Source: an uncultured Coriobacteriia bacterium
Lineage (GTDB): Bacteria; Actinomycetota; Coriobacteriia; Anaerosomatales; PALSA-660
NCBI GenBank assembly: GCA_903831865.1
Contig: CAIKZH010000003.1
Coordinates: 1-58,150 of the forward strand
DNA: 58,150 bases
Reading direction: 5' to 3'
Shown: piece after piece, positions 47,978 to 56,966 of the stretch
Numbering within the stretch: position 1 is the first letter of the stretch
How the letters are laid out: every line of letters starts with the position of its first letter
Translations under genes and position numbers: made by a program
Notes under the pieces: model-generated
What the model saw: only the letters and a program-made list of their open reading frames with translations
Database searches by the model: none
Told to the model about the DNA's origin: nothing

Positions 47978-49627
47978 TCACTTTGAGAGCAGGAATGCAT
48001 CGAGCTCCTTGACCGTGAGTTCGAGTCCGTTTGCGCGAGCGGATTCGTCCGCGGAGGCGAACGCGAGGCAGTGCTCCCAGTAGGACTTGTAAGCGCGCGC
48101 CTTGTCGTACTTGAACAAGGGGGCCGCCAGCGCCTTGGACCGGAAGACCTTCAGCACCGCTTCTGAGTAGGAGTCGTAGATCGGCACGACGGGCTTGTGG
48201 AAGTGCAGGTACTTGGAGACGAACGACTTGGGCGCGTCGCCGGTCTGGCCTTTGGCCAGCGAGTCGCGAATGAGCGTGGTCAGCTGGCCATGGACCGCGA
48301 CGAGAGTCTCGAGATCCGCCACCCGGAGATCGTCCCCGTCCGGCAGACTGGCGATGAGTCCGTCGACCATCGCATGGTTGTGGGCAAGAATCCGCGCGAC
48401 CTCGCGTATCGCGGAACCGGGTCCTGATCGATCCTCCGCAGGGACCAGCGCGTCTATTCGCGTAGCGTAGCCGCGGCCGATGATGGCCACCTTGGCCACC
48501 ACGCCGGCCGTGTCATCGTGCTTGGGATGTCGGCTGCACAACCCGTAGAGTTCATCGTCAAGCACTCCCCAGATCGCCTTCTGCTCGGCAATCACCTCCT
48601 GGCAACCGGTCCAGAACTCCGAATCAGGCATGTTCGTGCTCCTTGTGTCGTTGGCGCGGGTCATCGCGAGCTTGAGATGCGCTGGTGCGGGAGTCGTCGG
48701 CGTCTCGGCGGATGCGACTGCGGTCGGCGTGCTGCGCTCTGCCGCGTCCGACCGCCTGGCCACACTCTCCAGGCATGCGACCCGAGCAGACAGCCGAGGA
48801 ACGGTCTTCGGACCAAGAGGTGTTGCGCCCGTGAAGAAGCCGGAGACCTCACCCCAGATCTCGACCACATCCTCCTCGTAGAACGAGACCTCGTTCGGGA
48901 AGTCGGCAATCACGTCGTCGAAGCCGCCACCTTGCACGATTGTGTTGAGTTGGACCCACGTGCTCCCGTCATCCTCCTCGTGGATGCCGGTCACCTTCCC
49001 GACGACATGGATCCGTGTGCCGGCCAGCCGCTTCGCGTCCTTCTTCAGAACGCGGTACTCGATGTCGCGACAACTCGCGACGAACTCGTCGTCGGTCTCG
49101 ACTCGCTCGACAACGCGGGTATACGAGAGCGACTTGCCGATCGGGTCCGTCACCTCGACTAGCAGGTCATTGGCGCCGATGGCGAGGGGCGCCTCAATGG
49201 AGAAGCCGCCGTCGGAGCCGACGGTCACGGCCTGCTCGCCGATCGTCACACTGGAGGCAGGAGGCGCCTTGCCCACCAGCATCACATCGGCCGCGCTGAC
49301 CTTCTCGAAGGGATCGGGGGCGGTGATCTGCACACTGGGCCGGATCCCGAACAACCGTGCTGCGTCCGCTGCCGGCGCGGCGAACGGACAGAGGAGCTGT
49401 CGGTCGGCGGACTCCATCGGGCACTCCGCCCGCTCGTGCCAGGCGTACCGGATGATGTTCTTGTCACTCACGGCGGATGGCGAGTCGATGTGGCCTAGAG
49501 CCCACTCATGCGTCGGCCACAACTCAAGATCCGCTAGCCACGCCCTCTCAGGGCAGAAGCACTTGTCGGCCGAGCGATACAGGCAGCCCGTCTGGGTCTG
49601 GTTGGGCCATGCGTCCTCGAAGCCCAT
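47978..49627 (-). CDS. Multidomain hypothetical protein (Ig-like, OB-like, C-terminal SKYLHF/PIYDS helical domain)
   Basis: VQITAP...GANDLLVEVTD Ig-like segment; SFVSKYLHFHKPVVPIYDS; internal AAGGAG-ATG at 48631. Confidence 0.55.
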   Translation of the reverse strand: MGFEDAWPNQTQTGCLYRSADKCFCPERAWLADLELWPTHEWALGHIDSPSAVSDKNIIRYAWHERAECPMESADRQLLCPFAAPAADAARLFGIRPSVQITAPDPFEKVSAADVMLVGKAPPASSVTIGEQAVTVGSDGGFSIEAPLAIGANDLLVEVTDPIGKSLSYTRVVERVETDDEFVASCRDIEYRVLKKDAKRLAGTRIHVVGKVTGIHEEDDGSTWVQLNTIVQGGGFDDVIADFPNEVSFYEEDVVEIWGEVSGFFTGATPLGPKTVPRLSARVACLESVARRSDAAERSTPTAVASAETPTTPAPAHLKLAMTRANDTRSTNMPDSEFWTGCQEVIAEQKAIWGVLDDELYGLCSRHPKHDDTAGVVAKVAIIGRGYATRIDALVPAEDRSGPGSAIREVARILAHNHAMVDGLIASLPDGDDLRVADLETLVAVHGQLTTLIRDSLAKGQTGDAPKSFVSKYLHFHKPVVPIYDSYSEAVLKVFRSKALAAPLFKYDKARAYKSYWEHCLAFASADESARANGLELTVKELDAFLLSK

Positions 49628-49929
49628 CAGGCGTCCCGGCTCGGCCTGGCGAACGGGCACGCCTCTTGGGTCGCCCACTTCACGTAGTGCGGGCACTCCC
49701 CGCGATCCCAGTAATACAGAGACGAGTACTCCGTGTCGTGCTGCTCCGATGACGCCGGTACGCCGGGCGGACGGCGCGATCCGAGCGGACTCCACTGCGG
49801 ATGATGACACCGCCGGTCCTCGAGATAGGCGCAGTAGTGGTAGCGCGAGCCTTGACCGCTGTCGCGGTCAAGGAGACCGAGCACTCCGTCAACCGCCGTC
49901 TTCTTCGCGACCATTGATCCCCCCGGCAC
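49627..49929 (-). CDS. Small Cys-rich hypothetical protein
   Basis: Coupled to the downstream gene; several Cys/His residues. Confidence 0.35.
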   Translation of the reverse strand: MPGGSMVAKKTAVDGVLGLLDRDSGQGSRYHYCAYLEDRRCHHPQWSPLGSRRPPGVPASSEQHDTEYSSLYYWDRGECPHYVKWATQEACPFARPSRDA

Positions 49930-49974
49930 GCCGGCCTCGCGTCTTGGCGACAGTATCCGCCAACCCGAGGAGAA

Positions 49975-50068
49975 GGTAAGGGGGCTGCAATCTCTAGCGG
50001 CCTGCCGCGCCGACCCTGCCTGCCAGGCGCCCTTCTCTGCGCCCGAATCTGGGCGTTTCGCGGCAACG
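49975..50068 (+). repeat. Near-complete copy of the prophage cos-like region
   Basis: 50010-50068 matches the reverse complement of 21861-21919 at 57/59 nt. Confidence 0.85.
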
Positions 50069-50183
50069 ATAACTTCTGGCGCGTGTTACGAAACTCGAGA
50101 CTCAGCGCAATCAGATGTGACGAGCCGCAACGACATGGGACGAAGCCGGGGGTCCGGGGTTGCCTGATGCGCCTGTCTCTGAC

Positions 50184-50208
50184 TATCGTGTATCGTCGAT
50201 ATGCGATA
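50184..50208 (+). promoter_or_regulatory. ArsR-type operator palindrome
   Basis: TATCG-TGTATCGTCGATATG-CGATA directly upstream of the arsR-like gene. Confidence 0.6.
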
Positions 50209-50222
50209 GGAGGTCGGAGGCC

Positions 50223-50525
50223 GTGACATACGACGAGATGGCGTGTTTCGCGCGGGCGCTCGCCCACCCCGCGCGGATGAGGATCATCGGGCTGCTCTCC
50301 TACGAGAAGGAGTGCCTGGGCCCGCAGGTCTTCGGCGAGCTGGAGCTTGCGCAGTCCACCGTCTCGGAGCACCTCAGAGTGCTGAAGGAGGCGGGAGTCA
50401 TCGACTCCCGTCCGGTCGGCGCGACCACCGCCTACCGCCTTCTCCCCTGCGTGCTCGAGCGCTACGCCGTGGCCGTCGCCGACATCGTCGAGAGCGCGGA
50501 CACCCACGGCCCGGGCAGGGCGTAG
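50223..50525 (+). CDS. ArsR/SmtB family regulator
   Basis: ALAHPARMRII, LAQSTVSEHLRVLKEAG. Confidence 0.88.
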   Translation: MTYDEMACFARALAHPARMRIIGLLSYEKECLGPQVFGELELAQSTVSEHLRVLKEAGVIDSRPVGATTAYRLLPCVLERYAVAVADIVESADTHGPGRA

Positions 50526-50560
50526 GGCGCCGTGTCACACAGGGCTGCTAGTCTCGGATC

Positions 50561-50941
50561 ATGAGCGGAATCCCACAAGCACCTCGCTGCGCCTGGATCG
50601 GCTGCGACAACCCACTTCCACCGCCGGCCAGGCGCGGTCGGGCCCGCATCTACTGCTCGGACTCCTGCAGGATGGCGGCCGCGCGGCATCGAAGGATCTC
50701 CGCGCCATACAGGCCGGACATCGCATGGAGCCCGGACGTCGATCCCGCCGAGCTCACGCTGCCCCCGGAGGCCGATTACGATACGCAGGTCGCCCGCGCG
50801 GTGCTCGAGGCCGCGATGATCTCATCGGCCTTCGCGCGCCTGGCCGCCTACGCGCGCCCCGAGCTCGCCGCACCCTCCGAGCGGATGTGCCGCGTCATCC
50901 GCAAGGCGCTCGACAAGGAGTTCCCCGGATGGAACAGATGA
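50561..50941 (+). CDS. Zinc-finger protein, paralogue of prophage gene 21439-21807
   Basis: CAWIGCDNPLPPPARRGRARIYCSDSCR...DTQVAR...FARLA..ARP.LAA...FPG. Confidence 0.75.
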   Translation: MSGIPQAPRCAWIGCDNPLPPPARRGRARIYCSDSCRMAAARHRRISAPYRPDIAWSPDVDPAELTLPPEADYDTQVARAVLEAAMISSAFARLAAYARPELAAPSERMCRVIRKALDKEFPGWNR

Positions 50942-51465
50942 GCGCCGCCGAGCACGTGTCACGCGACGCGACCCGGCAGAATGGCCTTCAGGCCGGTGCA
51001 TTCAGCGCATGGACGCGCTGGACGGACCGGGCCTCTCTGCCGGGCTTGCGGTTCCCCGGCGTCTACGTGATCGCAGCCCCCGAAGTCGACATCACGGCTG
51101 AGCCGTTCTCGTGGCGGGCGGACATCGTCTACGTGGGCATGTCGAACTCGAGGGGCGGAGTCGGCTCGCGGCTCGGGCAGTTCGAGAGCACTCTGCAGGG
51201 CCGCATGGGTCATGGCGGTGCCCAGAGGCTCTACCGCAAGCACGGCGACTGCTCCGGTCTGCCCGCGGGGCTCTTCGTCGCAGTCCGCACCTTCGAGTGC
51301 AGCGTCACATCCGACGACCCGGACGATCTCCGCGCCATGGGGTGCGTCGCGAAGTGCGAGTACGACTGCTTCGCGGAGTTCGCGGAGGCATTCGGCCGAC
51401 TGCCGGAGTTCAACGACAAGGCGCGATCGCCCAAGTACCTGCCCTGGCCACCACCGAAGTCGTGA
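50938..51465 (+). CDS. GIY-YIG-like nuclease
   Basis: PGVYVIA...IVYVGMS...SRL.QF...E...GRLPEFN. Confidence 0.6.
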   Translation: MSAAEHVSRDATRQNGLQAGAFSAWTRWTDRASLPGLRFPGVYVIAAPEVDITAEPFSWRADIVYVGMSNSRGGVGSRLGQFESTLQGRMGHGGAQRLYRKHGDCSGLPAGLFVAVRTFECSVTSDDPDDLRAMGCVAKCEYDCFAEFAEAFGRLPEFNDKARSPKYLPWPPPKS

Positions 51466-51590
51466 GCGAGCTGTCGCTTCGCCTCCGGCTCCGTGGGCGC
51501 GCATGCGGCGCCCTTGTCACTCCGGTCGGCTAGACTCGGCATACGAACGATGCTCGCGCCTGAGACTCAGGCTCGAGGAGGTCGGGCACT

Positions 51591-52211
51591 GTGACACTCC
51601 GAGACCGCATCTTGGCTGCTACTGCTGAGGCTCCCGGCCTGACGGACCGTGAGTTGGCCGACAGACTGCTCGGGCCGTCATCTGCTCCTCAGGGAGTGAA
51701 TCAGGCGGCTCGTGCGCTCGCAGCGGGCGGCGCCTTGAGTCGCTTCCCTCGCGCTGATGGCAAGATCGGCAACTTCCTTCCGGGCGTCCAACCGCAGGCT
51801 CGAAGCAGTGCCTCGGGCACGACCGGCGCAGCCCGCAGCTCCTCGGGCATGAGCGAAGACGAGGTGAAGCGAGCGGTCGCAGATTGGCTGGAAGCCGCCG
51901 GATGGTCGGTCGTGGTCCGCTGGGGGCGTGAGCGCGGCATCGACATCGAGGCCAGGCGTGGCGGCGAGCGCTGGGTCATCGAGGCGAAGGGCTGCGGCTC
52001 GCTGGGCGCGATGCGCGTGAACTACTTCCTGTCCATGCTCGGCGAGACGCTGCAGCGGATGGATGATCCCGGGGCTCACCACAGCATCGCCCTTCCCGAC
52101 ATGCCTCAGTTCCGGGGCCTGTGGTCCCGCTTGCCGCAGCTGGCGAAGACACGCACAGGGATCTCCGCCATCTTCGTCGGAGAAGGTGGCGCGGTTGTCC
52201 ACCTCGACTAG
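51591..52211 (+). CDS. wHTH plus PD-(D/E)XK nuclease
   Basis: LTDRELADRL; SEDEVK...GIDIEA...VIEAKG. Confidence 0.75.
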   Translation: MTLRDRILAATAEAPGLTDRELADRLLGPSSAPQGVNQAARALAAGGALSRFPRADGKIGNFLPGVQPQARSSASGTTGAARSSSGMSEDEVKRAVADWLEAAGWSVVVRWGRERGIDIEARRGGERWVIEAKGCGSLGAMRVNYFLSMLGETLQRMDDPGAHHSIALPDMPQFRGLWSRLPQLAKTRTGISAIFVGEGGAVVHLD

Positions 52212-52265
52212 GGTCGGGTCTGCGATCCCGACTTGGGCGTCTGTTCACAATCCGCGAGGCTGAGG

Positions 52266-52532
52266 ATGTTCTCGAACACGGAAGCGTTCGCGCTGCTGGC
52301 CGTCATGGGCGCGATTGACGAGCAGAGCCGCCGCGTGCACGCCCAGGCGGTCGTGCACGACCTCGGGCTAGACCCTCGCCTCGAACCGTTCATCCCCTTG
52401 CCGCCATCTCGGAAGCGGAAGCTTCGTGTCTACGAGTCGGTGCTCGGTTCGTACCGTGGGTGGTCCGCGCTCCCAGAACCGGCACGGACGCGCACTATCG
52501 AACAACTCGCCCGGGCGCTCAGAGGAGGATGA
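52266..52532 (+). CDS. Small hypothetical protein
   Basis: ORF with a GAGG RBS; no motif recognised. Confidence 0.4.
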   Translation: MFSNTEAFALLAVMGAIDEQSRRVHAQAVVHDLGLDPRLEPFIPLPPSRKRKLRVYESVLGSYRGWSALPEPARTRTIEQLARALRGG

Positions 52533-52588
52533 GGTAGAGCAGTCGCCGACGACGCTGCGATCAGCCCTTCTACCGGGTCGGGGGGCGC

Positions 52589-52810
52589 ACGAGCGAGTAC
52601 GATCGGATTCCGCAAGCGAGGCGAACCGGAAGCGAGCGCCTCCGCGATGGCGACCGCGAACTCCCCCTCGACCTTCTCGGCTTCTGGCGCTGGAGCGCCT
52701 CAGCAGACTACGGCGGCTTCGACGGGGAGCTGGCTCCCATCAACCGCCAACTTGCGGGCTTGAAGCGCAGGCACGAGGAACTTGACACTGTCCTCACGGG
52801 CAAGCTGTGA
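52589..52810 (+). pseudogene. Probable gene remnant (LLGFWRWSAS family), start codon lost
   Basis: Open frame from ACG: RRTGSERL..G..LPLDLLGFWRWSAS, then unrelated sequence; sits before attC-like site 3. Confidence 0.35.
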
Positions 52811-52861
52811 CACCAGCGGGGCGACTCCTCGGCCGTTCTGATCAGCGGCCTTGTCGGGGCA

Positions 52862-52942
52862 GCCGAACAAGCGCGTCCTGACGCGTCCTGCGAGGCGCAC
52901 AATGGTGGGGGATCCGCGCAGATCACGCGCAACCCGTTCGGC
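52862..52942 (+). repeat. attC-like integron cassette site 3
   Basis: GCCGAAC..GCGCGT.CTG.CGCG // CGCGCAG...ACGCGC...GTTCGGC. Confidence 0.7.
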
Positions 52943-53052
52943 GGAACCGGCGGTCCCGACCGGCGCCAAGTACCGAGGACTCTCCGAAGGGGCAGACTCC
53001 ACCGTTTCGGGCGTTCCCGACCAAGACCCTTTGCGAGACGCGGAGGCCACCA

Positions 53053-54027
53053 GTGGAATCCATGTTGTTTGTGCGCGCCGGCAACGGCAACGAGCTCGTC
53101 GATGACTTCGTCCGGTCCGGGCTCGTCGCGGTCGGCTGGTCGAAGTTCGGAGACCTATCGTCCGTCAAGTCGGCTGCAGACCTGGAGCGCATGCTCCTTC
53201 GGACCTATCCCGATGGCGTGAACGCATCCGGCCGCCCGGCGAAGCTCTACGCCGAGATAGTCCACTTCGCCCTCGAGGCGAAGCCAGGCGACCTTGTCGT
53301 CACCGCCGATGGCAGGCGTCGCCGGCTGATCGTTGGCATGATCGACGGCCCGTACGAGTTCCGGCCCGAGCAGCCGCTGAGTTCCGGCGGGGAGCCGTAT
53401 CGGCACACCCTGCCGGTCTCCTGGACGTTCGCTGTCGCGAGAGACAAGGAAGGCCCGCAATCGTTCCCCGAGACTCGCCAGAGGAGGAAGACGGCCTTCT
53501 GGTTGGGAAGCGACACCGCATCCGCGATCATGAGCGCGCCGAGGATGTCTCTCGCTGCGCATCCGGAGGCGCCCCCGCGCAAGTCCGCTGCTCCCTACCC
53601 GCAGCCCATGGCGGAAGCGCCAGTTGCCAACGGAGCCGATGCTCTGCAAGCGTGGCTGGACCAGAACGAGCGGCTCGCCGAAGTTCTGCCTTCGGAAGAG
53701 CTGGCGGCAAGGGCCGCGGCAGCGAATCCAAATCCGCGAAGGGTCGAGTCAAACGGCGCCACCTTCGTGCGCGATTCGTTCGTGGCGGCGTTCGCGAAAC
53801 AACTTGCCCGCGGCGTGTGCGACCTGTGCGCACAGCCGGCTCCATTCCACTCGATGAACAGGCGACCCTATCTCGAGTCCCATCACGTGCAGTGGCTGTC
53901 TCGTGACGGCCGCGACGCGCTCGACAACGCCGTGGCTCTCTGCCCCAACTGCCACCGCAGGATGCACGTTCGCGACGAGCAGGCGGACATCGAGAAGCTG
54001 CAGAGGAAGATCGCCGCTCGTCCATGA
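53053..54027 (+). CDS. McrA-like HNH endonuclease with Mrr-associated-type N-terminal domain
   Basis: VRAG...VAVGW...GDLVV; CDLC...YLESHHVQWLS..G.D..DNAVALCPNCHRRMH. Confidence 0.8.
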   Translation: MESMLFVRAGNGNELVDDFVRSGLVAVGWSKFGDLSSVKSAADLERMLLRTYPDGVNASGRPAKLYAEIVHFALEAKPGDLVVTADGRRRRLIVGMIDGPYEFRPEQPLSSGGEPYRHTLPVSWTFAVARDKEGPQSFPETRQRRKTAFWLGSDTASAIMSAPRMSLAAHPEAPPRKSAAPYPQPMAEAPVANGADALQAWLDQNERLAEVLPSEELAARAAAANPNPRRVESNGATFVRDSFVAAFAKQLARGVCDLCAQPAPFHSMNRRPYLESHHVQWLSRDGRDALDNAVALCPNCHRRMHVRDEQADIEKLQRKIAARP

Positions 54028-54030
54028 GCG

Positions 54031-54110
54031 GAGGTGCTCGGGAGAGGCACGTGCCCAGAATGATTCAGCGCCGCGCAGCTGCTCGCGGACCTGAAGGCGC
54101 CGGGGTGAGG
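54031..54110 (+). pseudogene. Remnant of the 3' end of the prophage peptidase gene
   Basis: 54071-54100 is identical to the reverse complement of 28578-28607. Confidence 0.75.
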
Positions 54111-54270
54111 CGTGGACAGGCTGGGCGACGTCACAAGCTCGCTCGACCCCTGGATCACCTGGGGTGGCAAGTGACCAGCGTAGACTGCCTGTGACAACAA
54201 GCCGCGGAGAGCCTGGGAGCACGGTCAGACAGGGCAGCGTTCGGCAAGTACGAACCGACGGGAGGCTCTC

Positions 54271-55818
54271 GTGGTCGTCAAGCTTGGCCTCTTCAACTTC
54301 AAGTCCATCGCAGATCTCGGGGAGCTAGAGCTACGGCCACTCACAGTGCTGTGCGGTCCAAACGCCTCCGGAAAGAGCTCGGTGCTGCAGAGCCTTCTTA
54401 TGCTGAGCCAGACCTTCGAAGGCCCTGCGGTGGATCGAGCGCCCGTTCTGCTCAACGGGCCGCTGGTTCGCCTCGGTAGCTTCAGAGAAGTGGTGCGCGG
54501 CTACGATCTCCAGCTTCCGGTCACGCTGAAGCTCGAGTTCGATGTCGCGGGGCATAACGTGGAGCACGCTCGCCCTGCTCTGTGGGCGGTGGCGGCGGGG
54601 ACGGCGCTCGAAGATGAGGGCGTGGCGTCCATGTGGGACGTTACTAGCCTTGCGTTTGAGGTCACTCTGGCCGCAGCGGAGCACTCTGGCCCGGCCTGGC
54701 AGCGTTTCCCCTTCGTCAGCAGGCTCGCCACTAGAGCGGCCGGCAGCGACGAAGTCTACTTCGAGATGAGCATCGAGCGCCCGGCGCCGGATCAGGTGGC
54801 AACCATACGCTACACGCTGTCTGGCGACGACGGTCCCCGTCGCAACGAGTTCTCAGCTGACGTGACGCTGCACCGGCTGAAGCCAGACGAGGTCGTCCTA
54901 GCCGAAGACCTCGGGGCGTCCTATGCCTCCCGACGTCTTCGGTTCACATCCCCGTTCATGGTGCGAGGTTCATTCGCGTTCAACTTGCGAGGTTCTGACT
55001 TCGGACAGCGAGACATGGATGCTCGGGCGCTGCGTCTGTCCTGCGCCCTCATCGATGTGATTGCTACGGCGCTCGGTCCAACCCTCAAGTACGTGGGCCC
55101 ACTTCGAGCAGAACCGCAAAGCGACTACCCGGTGACGAGCGATGCTGCCGACATCGGGCCTCGCGGCGAGAACGCCGCTCAGGTACTGGCGCAGGAGTAC
55201 AACAGACCGTGCGACCGGCCCCGGCTGGATTCGGACTCGGACGACGTCGAGCAGAACAACTCCACCGTCCTGGAGGAGTTGCAGCACTGGTTTGACGTGA
55301 TGGAACTGGGCAGGCTGCAGGCCGTCGCGTCGGAGACAGGAGTCGAGCTCACGCTGACGTCGAGCGCGACTGGATCTGTGCCCGTCTCTTTGGCAGGGAC
55401 AGGATTCGGCGTGAGCCAGCTGCTTCCCATCTTGCTGCAGGGGCTCAGGATGCAGCCACAGGACACGCTGCTGCTGGAACAGCCGGAGATACACCTGCAC
55501 CCGAAGCTGCAGATGCAGGTCGCCGACTTCCTGATCAGTCTCGCCAAGATCGATCGCTCAGTCGTCGTCGAGACTCACAGCGACCACGTTGTCAGTCGCG
55601 TCGTCCGTCGGATAGTCGAAGGACAGCTGTCTCCCGAGGATGCCGCTATCTACTTCGCACACAACGACGAGCACGGGACCCGCTTTGAGCGTGTCGAAGT
55701 CGACGACGTGTTCGGCATCGTCAACTGGCCGGAAGGGTTCTTCGACCAGGACGCAGATGAGCAAGAGGCCATTCTCCGTGCCTCGCTCAGGCGCCGAGCC
55801 GACACTGGCCGGAACTGA
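54271..55818 (+). CDS. ABC/AAA ATPase with DUF3696-like C-terminus
   Basis: NFKS, GPNASGKSS, YVGPLR, GFGVSQLLP, LLEQPEIHLHP, VETHSDH, WPEGFFDQ. Confidence 0.9.
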   Translation: MVVKLGLFNFKSIADLGELELRPLTVLCGPNASGKSSVLQSLLMLSQTFEGPAVDRAPVLLNGPLVRLGSFREVVRGYDLQLPVTLKLEFDVAGHNVEHARPALWAVAAGTALEDEGVASMWDVTSLAFEVTLAAAEHSGPAWQRFPFVSRLATRAAGSDEVYFEMSIERPAPDQVATIRYTLSGDDGPRRNEFSADVTLHRLKPDEVVLAEDLGASYASRRLRFTSPFMVRGSFAFNLRGSDFGQRDMDARALRLSCALIDVIATALGPTLKYVGPLRAEPQSDYPVTSDAADIGPRGENAAQVLAQEYNRPCDRPRLDSDSDDVEQNNSTVLEELQHWFDVMELGRLQAVASETGVELTLTSSATGSVPVSLAGTGFGVSQLLPILLQGLRMQPQDTLLLEQPEIHLHPKLQMQVADFLISLAKIDRSVVVETHSDHVVSRVVRRIVEGQLSPEDAAIYFAHNDEHGTRFERVEVDDVFGIVNWPEGFFDQDADEQEAILRASLRRRADTGRN

Positions 55819-55821
55819 CTC

Positions 55822-56739
55822 ATGTCGACAATTCGTGCCGTTCCCGAGCCGTCCGTCTACCACATCACAGCCGAGGACTGGCGCGTTGATGAGAAGCGGG
55901 ACGCCTTCGAGGCGCGGTTCCTCGACATACTCGGCGGTTTGCGCGTTGGGTCAGGTCGCCTTGCATGGTCCGACCGGATTGAAGCGCTCCTTTGGGGAGT
56001 TGACTCGGGGCCAGCCTGGTTCAGGGACAAGGCCGCCTGGAACCAGTTCTACAGCAAGCGGGTCGCGAAGCAGCTGCGCCCGCTTCTGGACAGCGTGCCT
56101 ACGGACGACACGGAAGGGCTTGCGGAGATCGCACCCGACCCGACGGGCCGCCCGGACGAAGAGCCCTACAAGGAGGAGTTCCTGCGGATCTGTGCCAGCT
56201 ACTGCCTGTTGGACGAGGACTTCGTTCTGGCTCTCGGCTTCGACGCGGAGCGCCCGACAAGCGTCCTTGTGCGCCAGCCTGGCTGCGCGGACCGCCAGGT
56301 GCAGACGGTGTCAGAGTACGACGACATTCTCGCGCTGGTGGAAGTGACTGACGATCTGTGGCCCCAGTCGGCCGACGATGGGGAGACGCTGCGGCGCGCG
56401 CTGGGGATCTGGCATCGGCGGCACGCATTCTCGGCCGACGGCTTCATCTACGAGTTCAGCTTCGCTGGGGACTTTCTGCGAGCTCTTTCAAAGGAACGCG
56501 ATGACCGCGCGGGCGTGCTGGATTCCATGGTGCGGCGGTTGACGCAGACGCGACGAGCTGCAGAGGGAGACCGCGCCATCCAAGACGAGGACGCTTCGTG
56601 GGCCGGCCAGACGGTTCGACGCTTCCGTGCCCGAGGGCCGCGCCGCATCCACTACGAGTGCCCGAGTGCCAGAGCGATACGCTTCATCGACTACTACCCG
56701 GAGGGCAAGCACGACGTCGGCCTTCGTGCCAAGGACTGA
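55822..56739 (+). CDS. ATPase partner with putative RelE/ParE-like C-terminal domain
   Basis: FSFAGDFLRAL...RRFRARGPRRIHY...IRFIDYYPEGKHD. Confidence 0.55.
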   Translation: MSTIRAVPEPSVYHITAEDWRVDEKRDAFEARFLDILGGLRVGSGRLAWSDRIEALLWGVDSGPAWFRDKAAWNQFYSKRVAKQLRPLLDSVPTDDTEGLAEIAPDPTGRPDEEPYKEEFLRICASYCLLDEDFVLALGFDAERPTSVLVRQPGCADRQVQTVSEYDDILALVEVTDDLWPQSADDGETLRRALGIWHRRHAFSADGFIYEFSFAGDFLRALSKERDDRAGVLDSMVRRLTQTRRAAEGDRAIQDEDASWAGQTVRRFRARGPRRIHYECPSARAIRFIDYYPEGKHDVGLRAKD

Positions 56740-56966
56740 CACACGACGGCCCTGCTGAGCGACTCAAGGCAGCAGCGTAGAGGAGAGTGTGAAGCTCGCC
56801 CGAGAAGAGGGTTGGTCCCGCAGGGGGTTGACCCTGCTTGGACCCCCACGCATGTCTCGCGACAACGCTCTGGGCAGGCGTATCTTGGCGTATGTGCTCC
56901 AGAGACGCGGTCCGAAGTGGCTTCAGGCGAATCCGCTAGTCATTGTTCGACAGAACCGGGGGAACC

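Noticed and set aside
47408-54244. Additional attC half-sites at ~47410 (GTGAAC..GTTCAAGC) and ~54193-54244 (GACAAC...GTTCGGC)
   Set aside because: No convincing paired L boxes; possibly degenerate but not supportable by eye
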